Shown here: positions 42,614 through 55,913 of the stretch, in pieces | Layout of the letters: each line of letters starts with the position of its first letter | Position numbering within the stretch: position 1 is the stretch's first letter | Source of the DNA: the human T2T-CHM13v2.0 reference genome, Homo sapiens | Reading direction: 5' to 3' (one strand) | Assembly (NCBI RefSeq): GCF_009914755.1 | Contig: NC_060925.1 | DNA length: 64,000 nt | Notes under the pieces: model-generated | Seen by the model: only the letters and a program-made list of their open reading frames with translations | Told to the model about the DNA's origin: nothing | Databases searched by the model: none | Position numbers and translations under genes: made by a program

Positions 42614-45600
42614 AGCCAGTTGTAACTGCTATTCTTGAACCTGGACCTGCTCAACATCACTCACCCTGAACATCATACTGCCTCCGAGTACTCAACTCGG
42701 TGGCTGAGTTCTTGCCCCTCATCCCTTCGCCCTCATCTCCACCCCAGCTGCCAGCAGCCACTGTCCATGGTTCTGAAACACCCCAGGGACAAGGCCTGTG
42801 CTGGGACTTCTACTCAGCCTTTCCCAGGAGTTCTGAACAAGATGATGACTTTTATTTTCTGTTTTGATAAAAGATATGTGGTTTCTTTTACCACCGCAGA
42901 ACCAACAAATGTGTGACTGTGGCTTAACTATTTCTGTGCCTGCCTTCACACACTTTTGGCGGTTCCATCACATTGACCACTGCTGCCGTTTACCTCCTTG
43001 GAAAATCGGGGATTGCATATTCCCTGTGGCCTCCTACCCAGTCTGAACTCATTCTGTCTTCCCATATTCTCCTGGAAGATCACAGTCAGAGGGGCCCTGG
43101 AGCACATCTAGCTCATGTACTCATCTGTCAAATAGAAACAAGAGGCCAAAGATGGAAGGTCACCAAGACCACAGAGCATGTTAGAGCAAATCTAGGGTCA
43201 GCATCCTGGCCTCCTAACTGCCCATCTGCCTTGTTCCCCATCACCCTATACTTCTCTGGGGGTCAGGAGATCTCCTTCTGGAGCTTTTTCTGGATCAAAC
43301 ACAAGCACAGCCATTTATTCCAGCCCACTCTGTACCATTCACTGTACTGCTATGTGCCCCTGCAAAGCATGTCCCTTAATCCTCCTCCATGGGAAGGGGT
43401 GGCCACTGCCCCCAGCTTACAGATCAGGACATGAGCTCAGAGATGCAAAGGGCTTCTCCAGAAACCACAAAGCTGGTATGTGACTGAGCTGGGATTAAAA
43501 CTAGAACTTTTTGGGTATTTATGACCTCCTTTCAGGCCGGTTCTATCAATAAGAACCCTCAGGGTATCCACGTAAAACCCTCAACCTGGAGGTTATAATC
43601 TCTCCCCAACAATGGGACTGTCTTTGGCTAATGTCACACTGTCCAGATCTTTGGCAGGATCCTGCTCTTCCCTGCCAATGCCTTGGCTCTGCTATGCTAA
43701 TAGCCCCTCGGGTCTAACCCCTCCAGTGACTTTTCCTCTTGAAGAACTCAGCAATATTTAGTCTTCTCCAGATGTTGGGGTCAGAGCAAAGACCCCTAGA
43801 AATGTGGATGGGGGACAAGGGGGCCGTCTTGTTGGAAGAGGATTATGCGACAGCGTGAATATTGATGAAGCTGTAATTGGCTCCCTCTCTCAGAGCCTGG
43901 GTGTCTGCAGGCCCAGGCGCTGGGGCTAATTGTTGCAGGCAATTAATAACTTGGATTGTACTCACTCTGGCACAGGATGCCTGCTCTCTTGGAGGAGGCA
44001 GGCAAGGCTGAGAAAGGAGTGCTAGGCCTGGCTGTTTGCAGAATTCTGGGGGAGGCAGGAGGGGAGAGCTGCCATCTGTCCAGCCTCCCCCAGGCCGTGT
44101 CTGCAATACCCCTGCCCTAAGCCTAGCCCTGTCAGCCTTCCTCAGGCCCTTCTTCAGAGCTCTCTCTGTTCTCTTTAATTATGAGACCCTCTAATGTTTT
44201 CCCCAACCATAAGCTCACGCTCATCTCCTGAACAGAGCTTCAGGGAGGAAGGCGCTGGGGAGAGGAAGGATGGTGTTTCTGGAAGCTGGGAGAACTGGAG
44301 TCCAACCCAAGCTCTTCCACTAAGTTTCTATGTGACTTGGAGTCAGAAATTCATTCACCAGGAACTTGGGCAAGCTCCTTGAGTTTTTTTGTGTCTATTA
44401 TGTCACATGAAGTGCAATCAACCCTGAAAATAATGGAAACAGGGATTAATCATCCTATTATCACTTCCTATATATAGTTATAACTATATCTAGAACTAAT
44501 TATCAAATGGCTACCTATAAATCTGTGTTCTACTTTAGCTGAAGAGACTATTAAGCAGGAATATTTTTGGCAGTGGTCATTATGACTCCCACTTTGCAGA
44601 TGAGGAAACTAAGTCTCAGAGAAATGCAGTGACTTGCCCAAGGTCATACTAATAAAAGACACACATAAAAATCAAACCCAGTTTCCTAAATCTAGAGCTC
44701 TTTCCAGCATACCCCAGCCTACCTGACTCTGCCCAGTGGCTTCCTGGAGAAGGTGAGATTGGGGCTGGGGGCCAAGAGCGCCAAAGTCAATGCCTTAGCA
44801 GATTGAAGAGGGGATTACTTATAAATCCATTTATTCTATTCCCTGGTGCTGGGACAGTGCCTTAATACCATATTTTAAAAGATAAACACTACCAACCCTC
44901 CCCATATGCTCAACCCTCAGCTGCTCACCCATCTGGTGGGAGGACTTGATTTGCATACAACCCCCCTTCACGGGGCGGTGTGGAGGGGTGTCACAAAAAG
45001 TGAGATGTGTTATGGTCAGCACTTGCCAAGTAAGCGGTAACAATATGATGAAGAAACTGCTAATGTGTATTTAGTGCTTAATGTGTGCCACAAACTGTGC
45101 TAAATGCAATTTTTGCACAGAGATGATCTCATTTATAACTATAACCACTGCAATGAGACAGATATTCTTACCATCCCCACTTTATAGATGAGACAACTGG
45201 GGCTCAGCAAGGTGAAGTGACTTTCCCAAGGTCACGCAGCTGGTAAGGGGCAGAACAGAAATATGGCTTTACTGGGAGAGGTAGAATCAGAAGCTCAGCT
45301 CAGAGGCTCTGCTTCAGACCTAGTTGGAGAGAAAATAGAAGTAGAAATAAAGGGATAGGAAGAGAGGACAAAGCAGCCCTTTATAGCTCATATCCCTTGC
45401 AAAGAAGGCTTTTCAATTAGTTGTGAAGACAGAGTATAAGGGGAGCAGCTTATCGGCACCATGAGGCATTTAAATCAGACCCAGGAAGAACTTCCACCAG
45501 ACAGCACTGGAACAAGGAGCCAGAGGGGACACAGAATCTTAATCTCTGCAGCCTTTCAGCTGGGTGGATCATTATCCACCAGAGTCATCTTTACTACTCA

Positions 45601-47407
45601 CCTGGAGGTACAGGAGGCTTCAGGGAAGTACCCTGTGGCTGGGCAGGGATGTGTGAGGCCAGCATCCCCAGGCCCCTGTAGTAAACAGGCTTCCTGCAAG
45701 CAGGCGCGGGCAGGGGAAGGGGAGGAAACCTGGGGATGAACCCCAGGAGGAGGATTCTCATGACTTTCCACACCTGCACCAGCTCCACTGCCACCACCGG
45801 TTCCCCTTTATGGCAGGCATATTTCAAAGGCCTGGTTCCATTTGCATTTTTAAAACCTCACTGATGGCCTGGGAAAATTGCATCCTTCCAGTGTTCCTGG
45901 ATACCACACCGTGCACCTCCTCTCCCCCTCCACAGGCCTCTGCCTCTGCACCCTCCCTTCATAGAAAATCCCCCACCAAGGGCAGAGCAAGCCCAGCCCC
46001 ACTGGAGATCCTCTGGAAGTCTCCAGAGGCCAGAGAGGGTTCTGAGGAGGGTGTGGCCAAGGTGGCCACAGCTATGGCCAGCTAGGCAACATGAAGCAGG
46101 ACCCCTTTGAAGGTGGTGAGAATTTCATCAAGGACCTATATCAAACCCACTAAATCTATTTCCCAGCAGAGTGGCAGCTGTATCCCCAGGCATGGACTGA
46201 GGGTGGCACAGCACCATGGGGCACACCAATGGGATGGCCAGTGGATTTGTCAGACTGAGAGGAACAGTGCTGGAGCCTTGGAGAACTTTGAGGAGGCTCC
46301 TAGAAGCAGCCTTAAAACAAACGGAAAATAATCAAGCCATTCTCCCAGCCAAGAAAACCCTTTGCTCTCAGCTGGGCTTGGGAACACACTTTGTGTCTCT
46401 CTATTGCTCCCTTAAAAACAAATCTTTTCCTTGTTCTCCCTCCTCCCACCCTCTCACATGGCTCCTCATTCTCTGCCCTCCCTCTAGGATATGGCAAATG
46501 GGACTAGAAGTTTGCAGGGTGGTGCCAAGTCTGGTCCTCTGTACTCATATCAGATTTGGCCTCTGGTCCTGGGACAGCAATTTTCACACCCTCTACTTCT
46601 CGGGAGAGATCTCCTGTCTCTTTCTCCCCTTACAGCTCACAGTGGCACCCTTCACCCCAGGAACTGCCCCCAACTCTAATGTCTTTAAGGCCAGATGGAG
46701 CCATTGGGAGTCTTCTGACAGACTTGGCCAACCTGGCAATGGCTCTCTTGAGACCTTGAGCACATGGGGAGTGAGTGCCAGGGCAGGGACACTGGCTCAG
46801 GCCATTTGCTTCTGCATAGATAAGCTCTCAGGGCACCCAGAGTCATAAATACCAATGTGTCTAGTTGACAGCCAGTCAGTGGGTACAGCTTCCAGCCAGG
46901 GACTGTACAGCAGAGAGACAGAGCAGGAGCAGCAGGTGAACAGCACAGGAGATCCACTCAGCACCCTGACATTTAGAGGTGCGTCTCACCCAGTTTTCCT
47001 CTTTTAAAAATAAGGGCTGGGGATGGGGAGGGGCTGCTGTGGGTTCAGCATCAGTGTGTTGGCTGGCCGGGTTTGTTATATTTCATTCATAACTCTCCCA
47101 TATTCTTCTCTCTCCCATAAGCCGGAAACCTCCTGAAGGCAAGGATTGTGTCTCACCATTGCCCTATCTTCCCAGGTCCTTGGTCGGCACACACCCAGGA
47201 CAAATGACAAGCTCATGGCTCACCCTCACACAGCATGGCAATGGCCTCCCTCCTTTCTGGCTTCCGTCACTGACATCCCTCCACCCTGCAGCTGGGGGCT
47301 AGCAGCTGGCCCCCTTTTGAGGGGTCCCACTTCACTCTCCCTGGGCAACACCAATGCCAATGCTCTCTGAGCCCTGATGGAGAGAAATGGGCCAGGGTAC
47401 TGGCCTG

Positions 47408-47423
47408 CCCCCCCCCCCCCCCC
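47408..47423. repeat. C16 homopolymer
   Basis: 16 consecutive C just upstream of the CpG island. Confidence 0.95.
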
Positions 47424-48094
47424 AGGCTCTTTCTCCTTGTGGCCCTTTGGCTAGGGGTGTCAGGCAGGTCATGTGCTAGAGCTGGAGGGATGCCCGGTCC
47501 CAGGGGCTGGTATGGCTCCGGGTTCTGGTGCCAGAGGGGTAAATGAAGAACAAACGAGGAAGGGACGGCGCCAGGAGCCTGGGCTTGGCAGCTCCCTCCG
47601 GAGGGCGCCCGGGGATGCCCGCGAGTGTCCAGGAGGCTGGTGACCTGCCAAGGCTGGGCGGGCTGGCTGGAGAGGAGCGGGAGCGCGGGCCCGGGAGAGA
47701 CTTGGGTATCAGGAAACTCGGAGGCGGGGCTGGGGGGTGGTGCCTGGCCCGGACCGTCTGCAGGGGCGGGGACCGACCCCCAGGGGTCGCTGCGCCTTGC
47801 GCTTCCCCCGCCCGCGGGCGCCAGGGCCGGGCTGAACCACCGCGCGGATCGGCAGGGGGAGCGGCGGCGAAGACAGCGCCAGACAGCGGGTCCCAGAGAC
47901 CGCAGCGCGCGGCGTGGCGCAGGGTCTCGCCGGCCACTGACTCAAGGCGCGGCGGCGCGGAGCCCGAGAGGCGCCAGGGATTGGGCGGCAGCGCGGCTCC
48001 GGAGCCTGGCTCGGACACCCCCGCGACCCGTGGTAGGAGCCCGGACCCAAACAAAGGCGGGCGGCGAATAAAAGGCGGCGGCGGAGCGGAGTGC

Positions 48095-48314
48095 TCGGGT
48101 TGCGAGCTGAGGACTGGGATTCGCGCGCAGCTTCCCGCGGTCTGCTTGCCCTGGAGCGGAGGGGGAGCCCCAGCCTCCTGCGGCTCCGAGAAGCTTCCCC
48201 CTGCGACTTCCGCGAGGAGACGAGTCTGCGCAGCGTGGTGGCCGCCGCCCCCCGACCCTCTGCGCACTCTCTCCCGCGCCGGCGGCTCAGCCTAGCCCCG
48301 TTCGGCCGGCCGAG
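48095..48314 (+). other. Non-coding first exon (5' UTR); start approximate
   Basis: Begins ~30 nt downstream of AATAAAA, contains no ATG, and ends at a consensus 5' splice site GAG|GTGAGT (48312-48320) inside the CpG island. Confidence 0.8.
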
Positions 48315-49197
48315 GTGAGTGCACGGCCGCGGGGCGCCATCCGGGCTTGGTCTCGGGGCTGGGGGATGCATTGCTAGGAGGAGGGGGAAGTCCTCCGCGC
48401 CGTCCGCACCCCGACCTGCTTGGCGCCGCGCGCGAAGTTCTCTCGCTCTCCAGCCAGCCCGGGATGCGGGCCTCGGAGCCCCCCGGGAAAGACGGTCAGG
48501 GGTGGACAGAACCCAAGCTTGCCCTCTACGACCGGGCCCCAGCTCCGCACCATCTCCCCGCGGGACTGCAGCATTCTTGGTCGGCCAAGGGGAGTTGGAT
48601 GTTGGATGTCCAGGAACGGCAAGGCTTCCGACCTCTGGCCCCTGCTTGTCCCCTCTGAGGGATATCTGGGTCCATAAAAGTTGAGCGTCAGTCTGAAGCC
48701 GCCCTTGGATCGGGCTCTCGCCCATGCTAGAGCGGAGGGAGGGGACAGAGTAAGGCTAATGACCCCCTCCACCCACCCCCTACCTAGCGTACTCGTGCTC
48801 TCGGAGGGACATTTCCCCGATTAACCTGGCTGCAGGTCCGGCCGGGGAGGGCGCGTGGGGGCTTGGGGCGGGCCGGGCCAGCGATGGATCCGCGCGCGCG
48901 AGGGTCCCCAGGCTCTGCCGAGAACGCGAACGAGGGTGGAGGTGGAGTGGGCAGCCGGGCAGTGGCGGCGCTGAGGGTCGGGAAAGATTCCCAGCGCAAG
49001 GGGCGCCAAGTCCCGGGAGCCAACCCCACCGCCGGGAGAACTTTTCCCAACTCCCTGGGGAGGCCGGCAGCAGGGCTGGGAAGGCGCCTCCTTGGGGGCT
49101 TCTCTTCTCGGCCTCTGCTCCACGGCCGGCGCCAGCTTCCCGCTGTCCCCCACTCACTGCGAGACTGCGCGCAGGTCTCCGTCAGCCCACTCCCCGG

Positions 49198-49218
49198 GTC
49201 AGCACCGCGGACAGCGCC
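49198..49218 (+). promoter_or_regulatory. RE1/NRSE (REST binding site)
   Basis: GTCAGCACCGCGGACAGCGCC matches the RE1 consensus TTCAGCACCACGGACAGCGCC at 19/21 positions with canonical half-site spacing. Confidence 0.9.
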
Positions 49219-49608
49219 TCGCGGCCGCCCTAGAAACTCAGAAGCCCGCGCACACCCACAGTCCACGCGCACACTCACACCCATCCATGCGCACACACAT
49301 ATCTACAGACCACTGGAAAACAGTCCACACACATACACTCGCGCAAGTACACACCCACCCACAATCCTCAGGCGCACACAATCCACGCAGACCCACGGTT
49401 CACACGCACGTGGGCGGACAGATCTCACAAGCACACACGTTCGTGGACCTGGGCAGCATCTTCGCCCCCGCTCTGCACTCGAGGTTGCTGTCTCCGGACT
49501 CACTGACTAAGCCCCAGATTCCAGAGCCCACCACCTGGTGTTCCCACCGATGCCCAGTGACTCACAAAGCCACTCAGACTCCCAAGCACAGACACACTTC
49601 CACCCCCA

Positions 49609-49619
49609 GCGCGCGCGTG

Positions 49620-49648
<29 letters not shown>
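49609..49648. repeat. (GC)n(CA)n alternating purine-pyrimidine tract
   Basis: gcgcgcgcgtgc followed by (ac)14. Confidence 0.92.
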
Positions 49649-49650
<2 letters not shown>

Positions 49651-49970
49651 TCCTGCTCCTATGGGCGAAGCATGGGGATTTAGAGCAAACACCCCCTCCC
49701 CACCTCCTACTACTACACCTGCCAGGGGACCAGGGGATCTTCTGGAGGGAGGGAGGAGGCTGTGGCTCGGTGGAAGCTCCAGGCAGAAGCCCAGCCTGGA
49801 CAGGTGCCTTACAGAATCTCCATTTTCAGCCCAGGGTCCATTTTGCTTGGCTCTCTACCTCAACTCACTCCTCTTTCTCTAACCTTAGTCCAGACACACA
49901 CATGTACAATCAGGGTCCGCATTCTTTGCTTGTACCCTCTGTTTCCCTGCTCTGTTCCCTCCCCCAGGTT

Positions 49971-50005
<35 letters not shown>

Positions 50006-50030
50006 TACACACACACACACGCACATGCAC
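49971..50030. repeat. (CT)n(CA)n compound microsatellite
   Basis: Direct reading of the sequence. Confidence 0.92.
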
Positions 50031-53000
50031 CCTCTTTTTTTGGTCTTTCCAGTCATCCTTCCCCACTGTCTTCACTTCTCTCCCCAACTTTCCTTAGGCT
50101 GGGTCTGACCCAGTCTTTGCTGGGATGTGGGCACAGCTGACCCTTAGGGGGAGCTGACTCCATTCTCTCAGACTTGCCTTCTTCACTGCAGGTTCCATGT
50201 CCCCGTTACTCTCTCTTTGGAAATCTGACGACCCTCCACCGTGGCCTCAGCAGCTTCTGTTCCCCTCCCCAGGAAGTTTTCTAGGGCCAGATGCCACAGA
50301 GCCCCAGTGATCTCTCCAAGGGGCCAAGAACTTTGGGTGAAGCATTCTGGAACCCCCCTCGAGATCTGGCTAGCCATGAGATCTGGTAGCCATGACCTGG
50401 CTTGCCCTTTGACACCTCTCCTGCTGTTGTCCTTCAAATCCAGAAACTGGGTTGAAAGAAGAGTAGTCCCAGCATGGTGTGGTGGAAGGAGCACTGGACT
50501 GGAAGTGAGGGGACCTGGATCCTAGTCCGAGCTTAACCACAGACTCCCAGTTTGCCCTTGGGCAAACTACTTCCCTTCTCTGAGCTTCAGGTTTCCCGTC
50601 TGTTAAAGGACTGCCTGAGGTGACCTGTAGGGTCACTTTCTGGCCCTAATAATCTGGAACATTGACTCTCTAGTGAGTCTCTTGAGTGTGGGTGGGATTG
50701 AAAATTGTGATTCTAACCCCAAAGATTACCCTACCTTTCCCCTTCCTTAGAGCACCCACCACTAGTGAAGTCATCCTGTTCCCTGAGTGAGGGATGTTTA
50801 GATGATTTCCTTAATAGGACCAGAGATGTCAAGTAATTTTCTTGAGGTCATACTGCTGAAGTGCAATCTTCATTGGGGCAGGCATTACTTCTACTGTCTA
50901 TATATCCTCTGCATATACCACTGGTTCTGCTGGTAGATGTGTGGTGAATGAATGAATGAATGGACAAATGAATGAATAGAAGATTTAAACCTGGATCTCA
51001 TGATCGCCAGGTCCTTGGATGGTTTAAGCCCCTTTCTCTGCTAGTATAGACATACTTCCCTCGTCTCCCCATCCTCCCCATCCCCTATTCCCCTAGTCCT
51101 CAAAGGCGGTGGATGGAATTGTCTGAGTTAAGGTCCTTCCTCCCAAGTGGCAGACACTGGGCTGGTTGTAAATGGCCACAGAGAAGGGAACAGCTGAGAG
51201 CAGCTTTAGAGGTCCTGCCCAGTGAGTAGGGGCTTTGCAATCAGCCTCATGTCCTTGGACCCAAGCAAGTAGACTGCCCATGGGCAGTTGGTTGCTGGCC
51301 AGGCTCTGATGCCAAGAGGGAAGATGGCCATCACCACCATGTGGCTAAGCAGCCTCTTTTCATAGCCCTATGAGCTGGGGATGGCAAAAATAGCCTTCAC
51401 AGATGAGCCAAATGAGATGCTGAGCAAGGAGGTGGTGTCCCTAAGGGCCATCAGTCAGCCCACTGCCAGCAATAAAAGTAGGCACCCCAAAATGGTGGGG
51501 TGGTAGTAGTGATGGTTGACAATAACAATACTATAGGTGTTGATAATGATGTTAGCATTGTTAAAATCGAGAGCTCAGTGATTAGCCTTTTTGGTTCCCT
51601 TCCCCCTCTTTGAAATGGTTTCCCCACCTGAACCCCTCTTATACTCCTCCCCACACCCAAATGTGGAGAAACGGAGGGCTGGGACAGTGAGGCAGGGGTG
51701 TGGGATTGTCCATCAGTCCTAGCCAAGGAAGAGGGCTTGTCGTTTGAAATCGTCTTCTTCTCTGTCTGCCCTCCCTCTACCCAAGCATGGTGTCTTGCCA
51801 AAGGAGCTGGGAGAGGTGTCAAAGTCTGTCAAAACACCCTTCCAAGCTAGATTCCAAAGCATCGAAGCCCAGGGAAAATAAATAAAGAGAGCAGTGTCGG
51901 CCCAAAATAGAAACATGCTCCAACTCACAAATATGTATGTTTTCCAAAAGTCGCATTTCACGGGCAGACAGTGCGGCTCACGCTGCAGCTGCCCAACAAA
52001 GGCCGGAGGCATGGATGCTGCGGGACCAGTCCAGGGATGGCGGCAGAGCCTCCCCCAGTGAGCTCACTCTCTGCCTGGCCGCTGGGAGACCAGACAGCCG
52101 CACTCCACTCTGCACCAGCTGGAAGGTACACGGGCGGGAGGATTGAGAGGAATATGTGTCTGTGTGTTGTCAAAGCTCTTTGGAAACGGGCACCAGACAT
52201 GGCTGATGGCCTCAGGTCCTCCGCCTTATGATGGGAGGCTGGTGATAACAATACCAACCAATCATAGCTGCCATGTGTTAAATACCTACTATGTGCCAGG
52301 TGCTAAGCATTTACATGGACTGTCTCACTTAAGCCTTGCCACCATCTCATGTCACATGAATTGTCATCCTCACTTAATGTGTGGGAAAAACAAAGTTCAG
52401 AGAAGTGAAGAGACTTGCCCAAGGTCACACAGCGAGAAGAGGCCAAGCTGGGATCAGATTTTGATCTGAATGAAGCAAAAACCCCCATTTTGCCAAGTAC
52501 CCTGTATTGTTTTGGTTACTGTCATTCAATAAATATTTTCTTGTCGAGAAACCTGTTTATATGATGGGTTTCAAAAGAATGTAAATTCCTCTGCCAGACA
52601 GGCCAGAAGTGAAGGGCGGTACCCTCACCTGCGTTCATCAGTCAGTGGCCTGGGCTGGGTACTCAAGGCTTCTGAGCCATGGCTGGGCCGGAGCTGAGTC
52701 CCCGTGAGAGTCTGGAATGGGACTCAAGCTGTGAACCTTGGAGTGTGAAAGACAACTTAACTCTGTAAGAGGTCAAGGATATGAGAAGCCTCTGCAGATG
52801 GGGAAGTTACTTCAGAGAGGGCAAGTGAGTTGCCCAGCATCACACAGCATGTTGGTAGCAGAGCCTGAGTCTCAGAATCCCAGGCCAGGGATCTTCCCAG
52901 GCAGCCGGACTGGCTTCCTTGGGTGTGTGGGAATTGTCCAAACCACACCAGGGAAGGGGACCTAACTGATGCAGCCAGTAAACCTAACAACTTCCTTCCA

Positions 53001-53908
53001 AGTGCAGAGGTGAAATGCTGCTTGCTGTCATCGCTCCAGTCCTCTCCGCTGCACCCCCTCTGACATTAGCCAAATGCCAGGCAGTGTGCTAAATGCTTCC
53101 TGGACCTTAACTGATGTAATCCCCATAACCACTCAAGAGGGAGGTGCTCTGATTCCATTTCACAATGGAAAGGCCTGAGGCTAGAGAGGTCAAGTCACCC
53201 GCTCAAGGTCACACTGCTGGTGAGGAGGCAGGTGGAGCCCAGCAGAGCCCCGCTGGCTGGTTCTCTCTGGGGGAGAAGAAGGTGAAGGTTTGGAACTAAT
53301 GCCAAGGGGGCGGAGGAGCTGATGGGCAGCGGCAGGCTATTTATATTACACCTCCAGGCTGGTCACGCTTGCTGGCATGTGTACCAGCAGAGGCTGTGTG
53401 TCTGCCAAAACCTGGAAGGAAGAACCCGGTGCAGCATCCTGGGGCCATCCCCTGAGGGCATTAGTGAAGTGTAAGGTCTGGGTATGTTTCTCCCTGAACT
53501 CAGGGGAGAGAAGATGCTGGAGAGGGTCTCGTCTGCAGAACTCCCGGCATGCCCTTGATCTTGGCAATTTACTTCCTCCCATCCGTTCCTCCCTCTGAGC
53601 AAACCAGATGGGGAACCTGCCAGTTTGGAAAAGGCTGTTGGGTGGCAGGTTATGGTGTTTCTGTATACAGTGAGCTTGACCTGGGAACAAGGGGGTGGTA
53701 AGGACAGTGGGAAGGATTGGCATGGATTTAGATTCTAGCAGGTACCATTTACAGGGGCACTTCTTGGAACCACAGAGTGATGTCCTGGGAGATAGTGTCC
53801 AGGGACCTCAACCTCCTTTGCCAGAAAAGGCCTTCTCCATTATTTCCCATCTCACAAGCATCTGCCTGAGTAGTCCTACTGTGTGCCAGGTGTGGGCTTG
53901 TAGAAGTG

Positions 53909-53990
53909 TTAGGTTGGTGCAAAAGTATAATTGTGATTTTTGCCATTGAAAGTAATGGCAAAACCCCCAATTCCTTTTGCACCAACCTAA
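53909..53990. mobile_element. MADE1 (Hsmar1-derived MITE)
   Basis: ttaggttggtgcaaaagt...tttgccatt gaaagt aatggcaaaa...ttttgcaccaacctaa, an ~80 bp palindrome. Confidence 0.95.
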
Positions 53991-55618
53991 TGGAAAGGTC
54001 TCTGTCTCTGTCCCTGTAGAGCTCATCAGAGTCCCCATTCCCACCCCCCAGGACCTCTAGCTGAAGGAGCAGAGGTGATAGATGATTAATGGTGTCTCAG
54101 CCAGGCCCCCCACCACAGTAGAAGAGGGACCCAGCTGTCCCCTGGGGCTGAGACGGCATGATCCAGTCAAGTGGTCTCTCCAGGGTCAGGAGGAAGGTTT
54201 CCTGTAGGTGTTGCCCCCAGTGCAACTAGACTGTCCATGAGCTTGATGTCTTGGTAGGAGGAGGGTGCAGTGGAGAAGGCTCACTCCGCCCAGCCATCTG
54301 CTCGGGGCATCCAGCACATACACTGGCACCTGGATGATGTGTCCTTTGCCAAGCCTTGTTAATAGAGGAGACGTGACTGCCAGCTGGAAGCCACTCCTGT
54401 CGTGAAGGAGGATGTGGTGATCTTGTCTCTGGGGAAGGCAGCTTCAACGGGGGTCAGGGTGGGGAAGGTTGTGGCAAATTGGTGTTCCTGGGAGGTTTGG
54501 GAAAAGTATGTGTCCCCCACACCCTGCAACTGCATTGACCTTTGCACTGTCCTGGGAGATCTCTCTGTTCTTCGTTGGGGAGCTCTGCAGGGCAATCACC
54601 CTGATGATAATGATCATGATAATAACAGTCAACATATTTTGAATGTTTACTACCTGCCGGGCCCTGGCTTAGAACTTTACAGATATGATCTCATTTCATC
54701 CTCATACCTGCTCAGCAAGGGGTATAGCACTGTTATCTTCATGTTAAGGATGAGAAATGTGAAGTGCAGAGAGTCTAAGCAGCTTACTAATAAGCAGTGG
54801 AGATGGGACCCAGCTGCCATGCGCACAAGGACTGAGCCCCACACTCTGGCCTTTACTTTCACTTGATTTGGGCCTTTGAGGATGAGTATGATTGAAGCCA
54901 AAGTACCTTATGAGTCCTTCAGTAATCTGGGTAATTGTGCATAGGGACTCGGGCTCTGTGTTCTGATGGATAGGGTGATGTGGGCTGACCATTTGCTTCT
55001 CGACTGCTAAGCCACCGAACAGATCACTTTTTGAATGTCCAGATGTGGGCAGCATCTGGCAGAGTGGCAGGACGTTGCTGGCTTTCATCCAGATGTTTCC
55101 CCCTTTTCCTTCCATGTAGACACAGCTGAGACTTGCACCCCTCTGGACATGATCGTGTGTGGGGACGCCCAGGTTGAAAAGTATTTGTTGGTTTTAAGGC
55201 ATCATCTTGTGACTTCACAAAGGCAGGATGTTGGTTTTTGTTCCTCCCTGCAATCCAGGCCTGGGAGACATTAGAGAGGAATCAGGCTTTGGAGAAGTGT
55301 CAGCAGCCGGAAGAGAACCCCCGCCCCCTTCCCTTCTTTAGCCGGGGAAGCTGGGAAAAGGCTGGCTGAGAGTGTGCATTACAAGCTAGTAGCTGCTGTG
55401 GGTTCCCTCCAAGGGTTTCTGACTTTCTGACCTGGTGCTCCAGAGACTTCCAGCAGATGATCCCAGAGTAACAGAGCCAGGAATCTGCAATGAACAGGGA
55501 CATGTCAGCCAACTGGCGTTCTTGGGAGTTAATGAACATGCGAATAGATCTGGGGTGAAAAGGTTCATGGAGCCTTCAGGAGGAAAGGAGTTGAAGACAT
55601 CACTAAGTTAAGATTAAG

Positions 55619-55913
55619 ATTTTTTTTTTTTTTAAGATAAGCTCTCTGTCATCCAGGCTGGAGTGCAGTGCTGCAATCACAGCTCACTGCAGCCTCAAAT
55701 GCCTGAGCTCAAGCAATCCTCCCCCGTCAGCCTCCTGAGTAATTGGGACTACGGGTGCGCATGACCACGCGCCGGATAAGTTTTTTACTTTTAGTAGAGA
55801 CAAGGTCTCCCTATGTTGCCCAGGCTGGTCTTGAACTCCTGGGCTCAAGTGATCTGCCTGCCTTGGCCTCCCACTGTGCTGGGGTGGCAGGTGTTAGCCA
55901 CCACACCCAGCCA
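55619..55913 (-). mobile_element. AluJ, antisense in intron 1
   Basis: Poly-T then antisense Alu with J-type features. Confidence 0.92.

Larger units (their letters stand above)
47560..49500. promoter_or_regulatory. CpG island promoter
   Basis: Abrupt rise in GC and CpG density against CpG-depleted flanks. Contains GC boxes (gaggcggggc ~47721, ggggcgggg ~47763), AP-1 TGACTCA 47938-47944, SOX-like AACAAAG ~48050 and TATA-like AATAAAA 48067-48073. Confidence 0.92.

Noticed and set aside
46216-46848. 210-aa ORF upstream of the promoter
   Set aside because: No recognisable homology or splice structure; compatible with chance.
47476-50108. Long overlapping ORFs (263, 250, 338, 215 and 338 aa) around the CpG island
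   Set aside because: Stop-codon scarcity from high GC on both strands. The translations are low-complexity, run through the splice donor or microsatellites, and show no recognisable domains.
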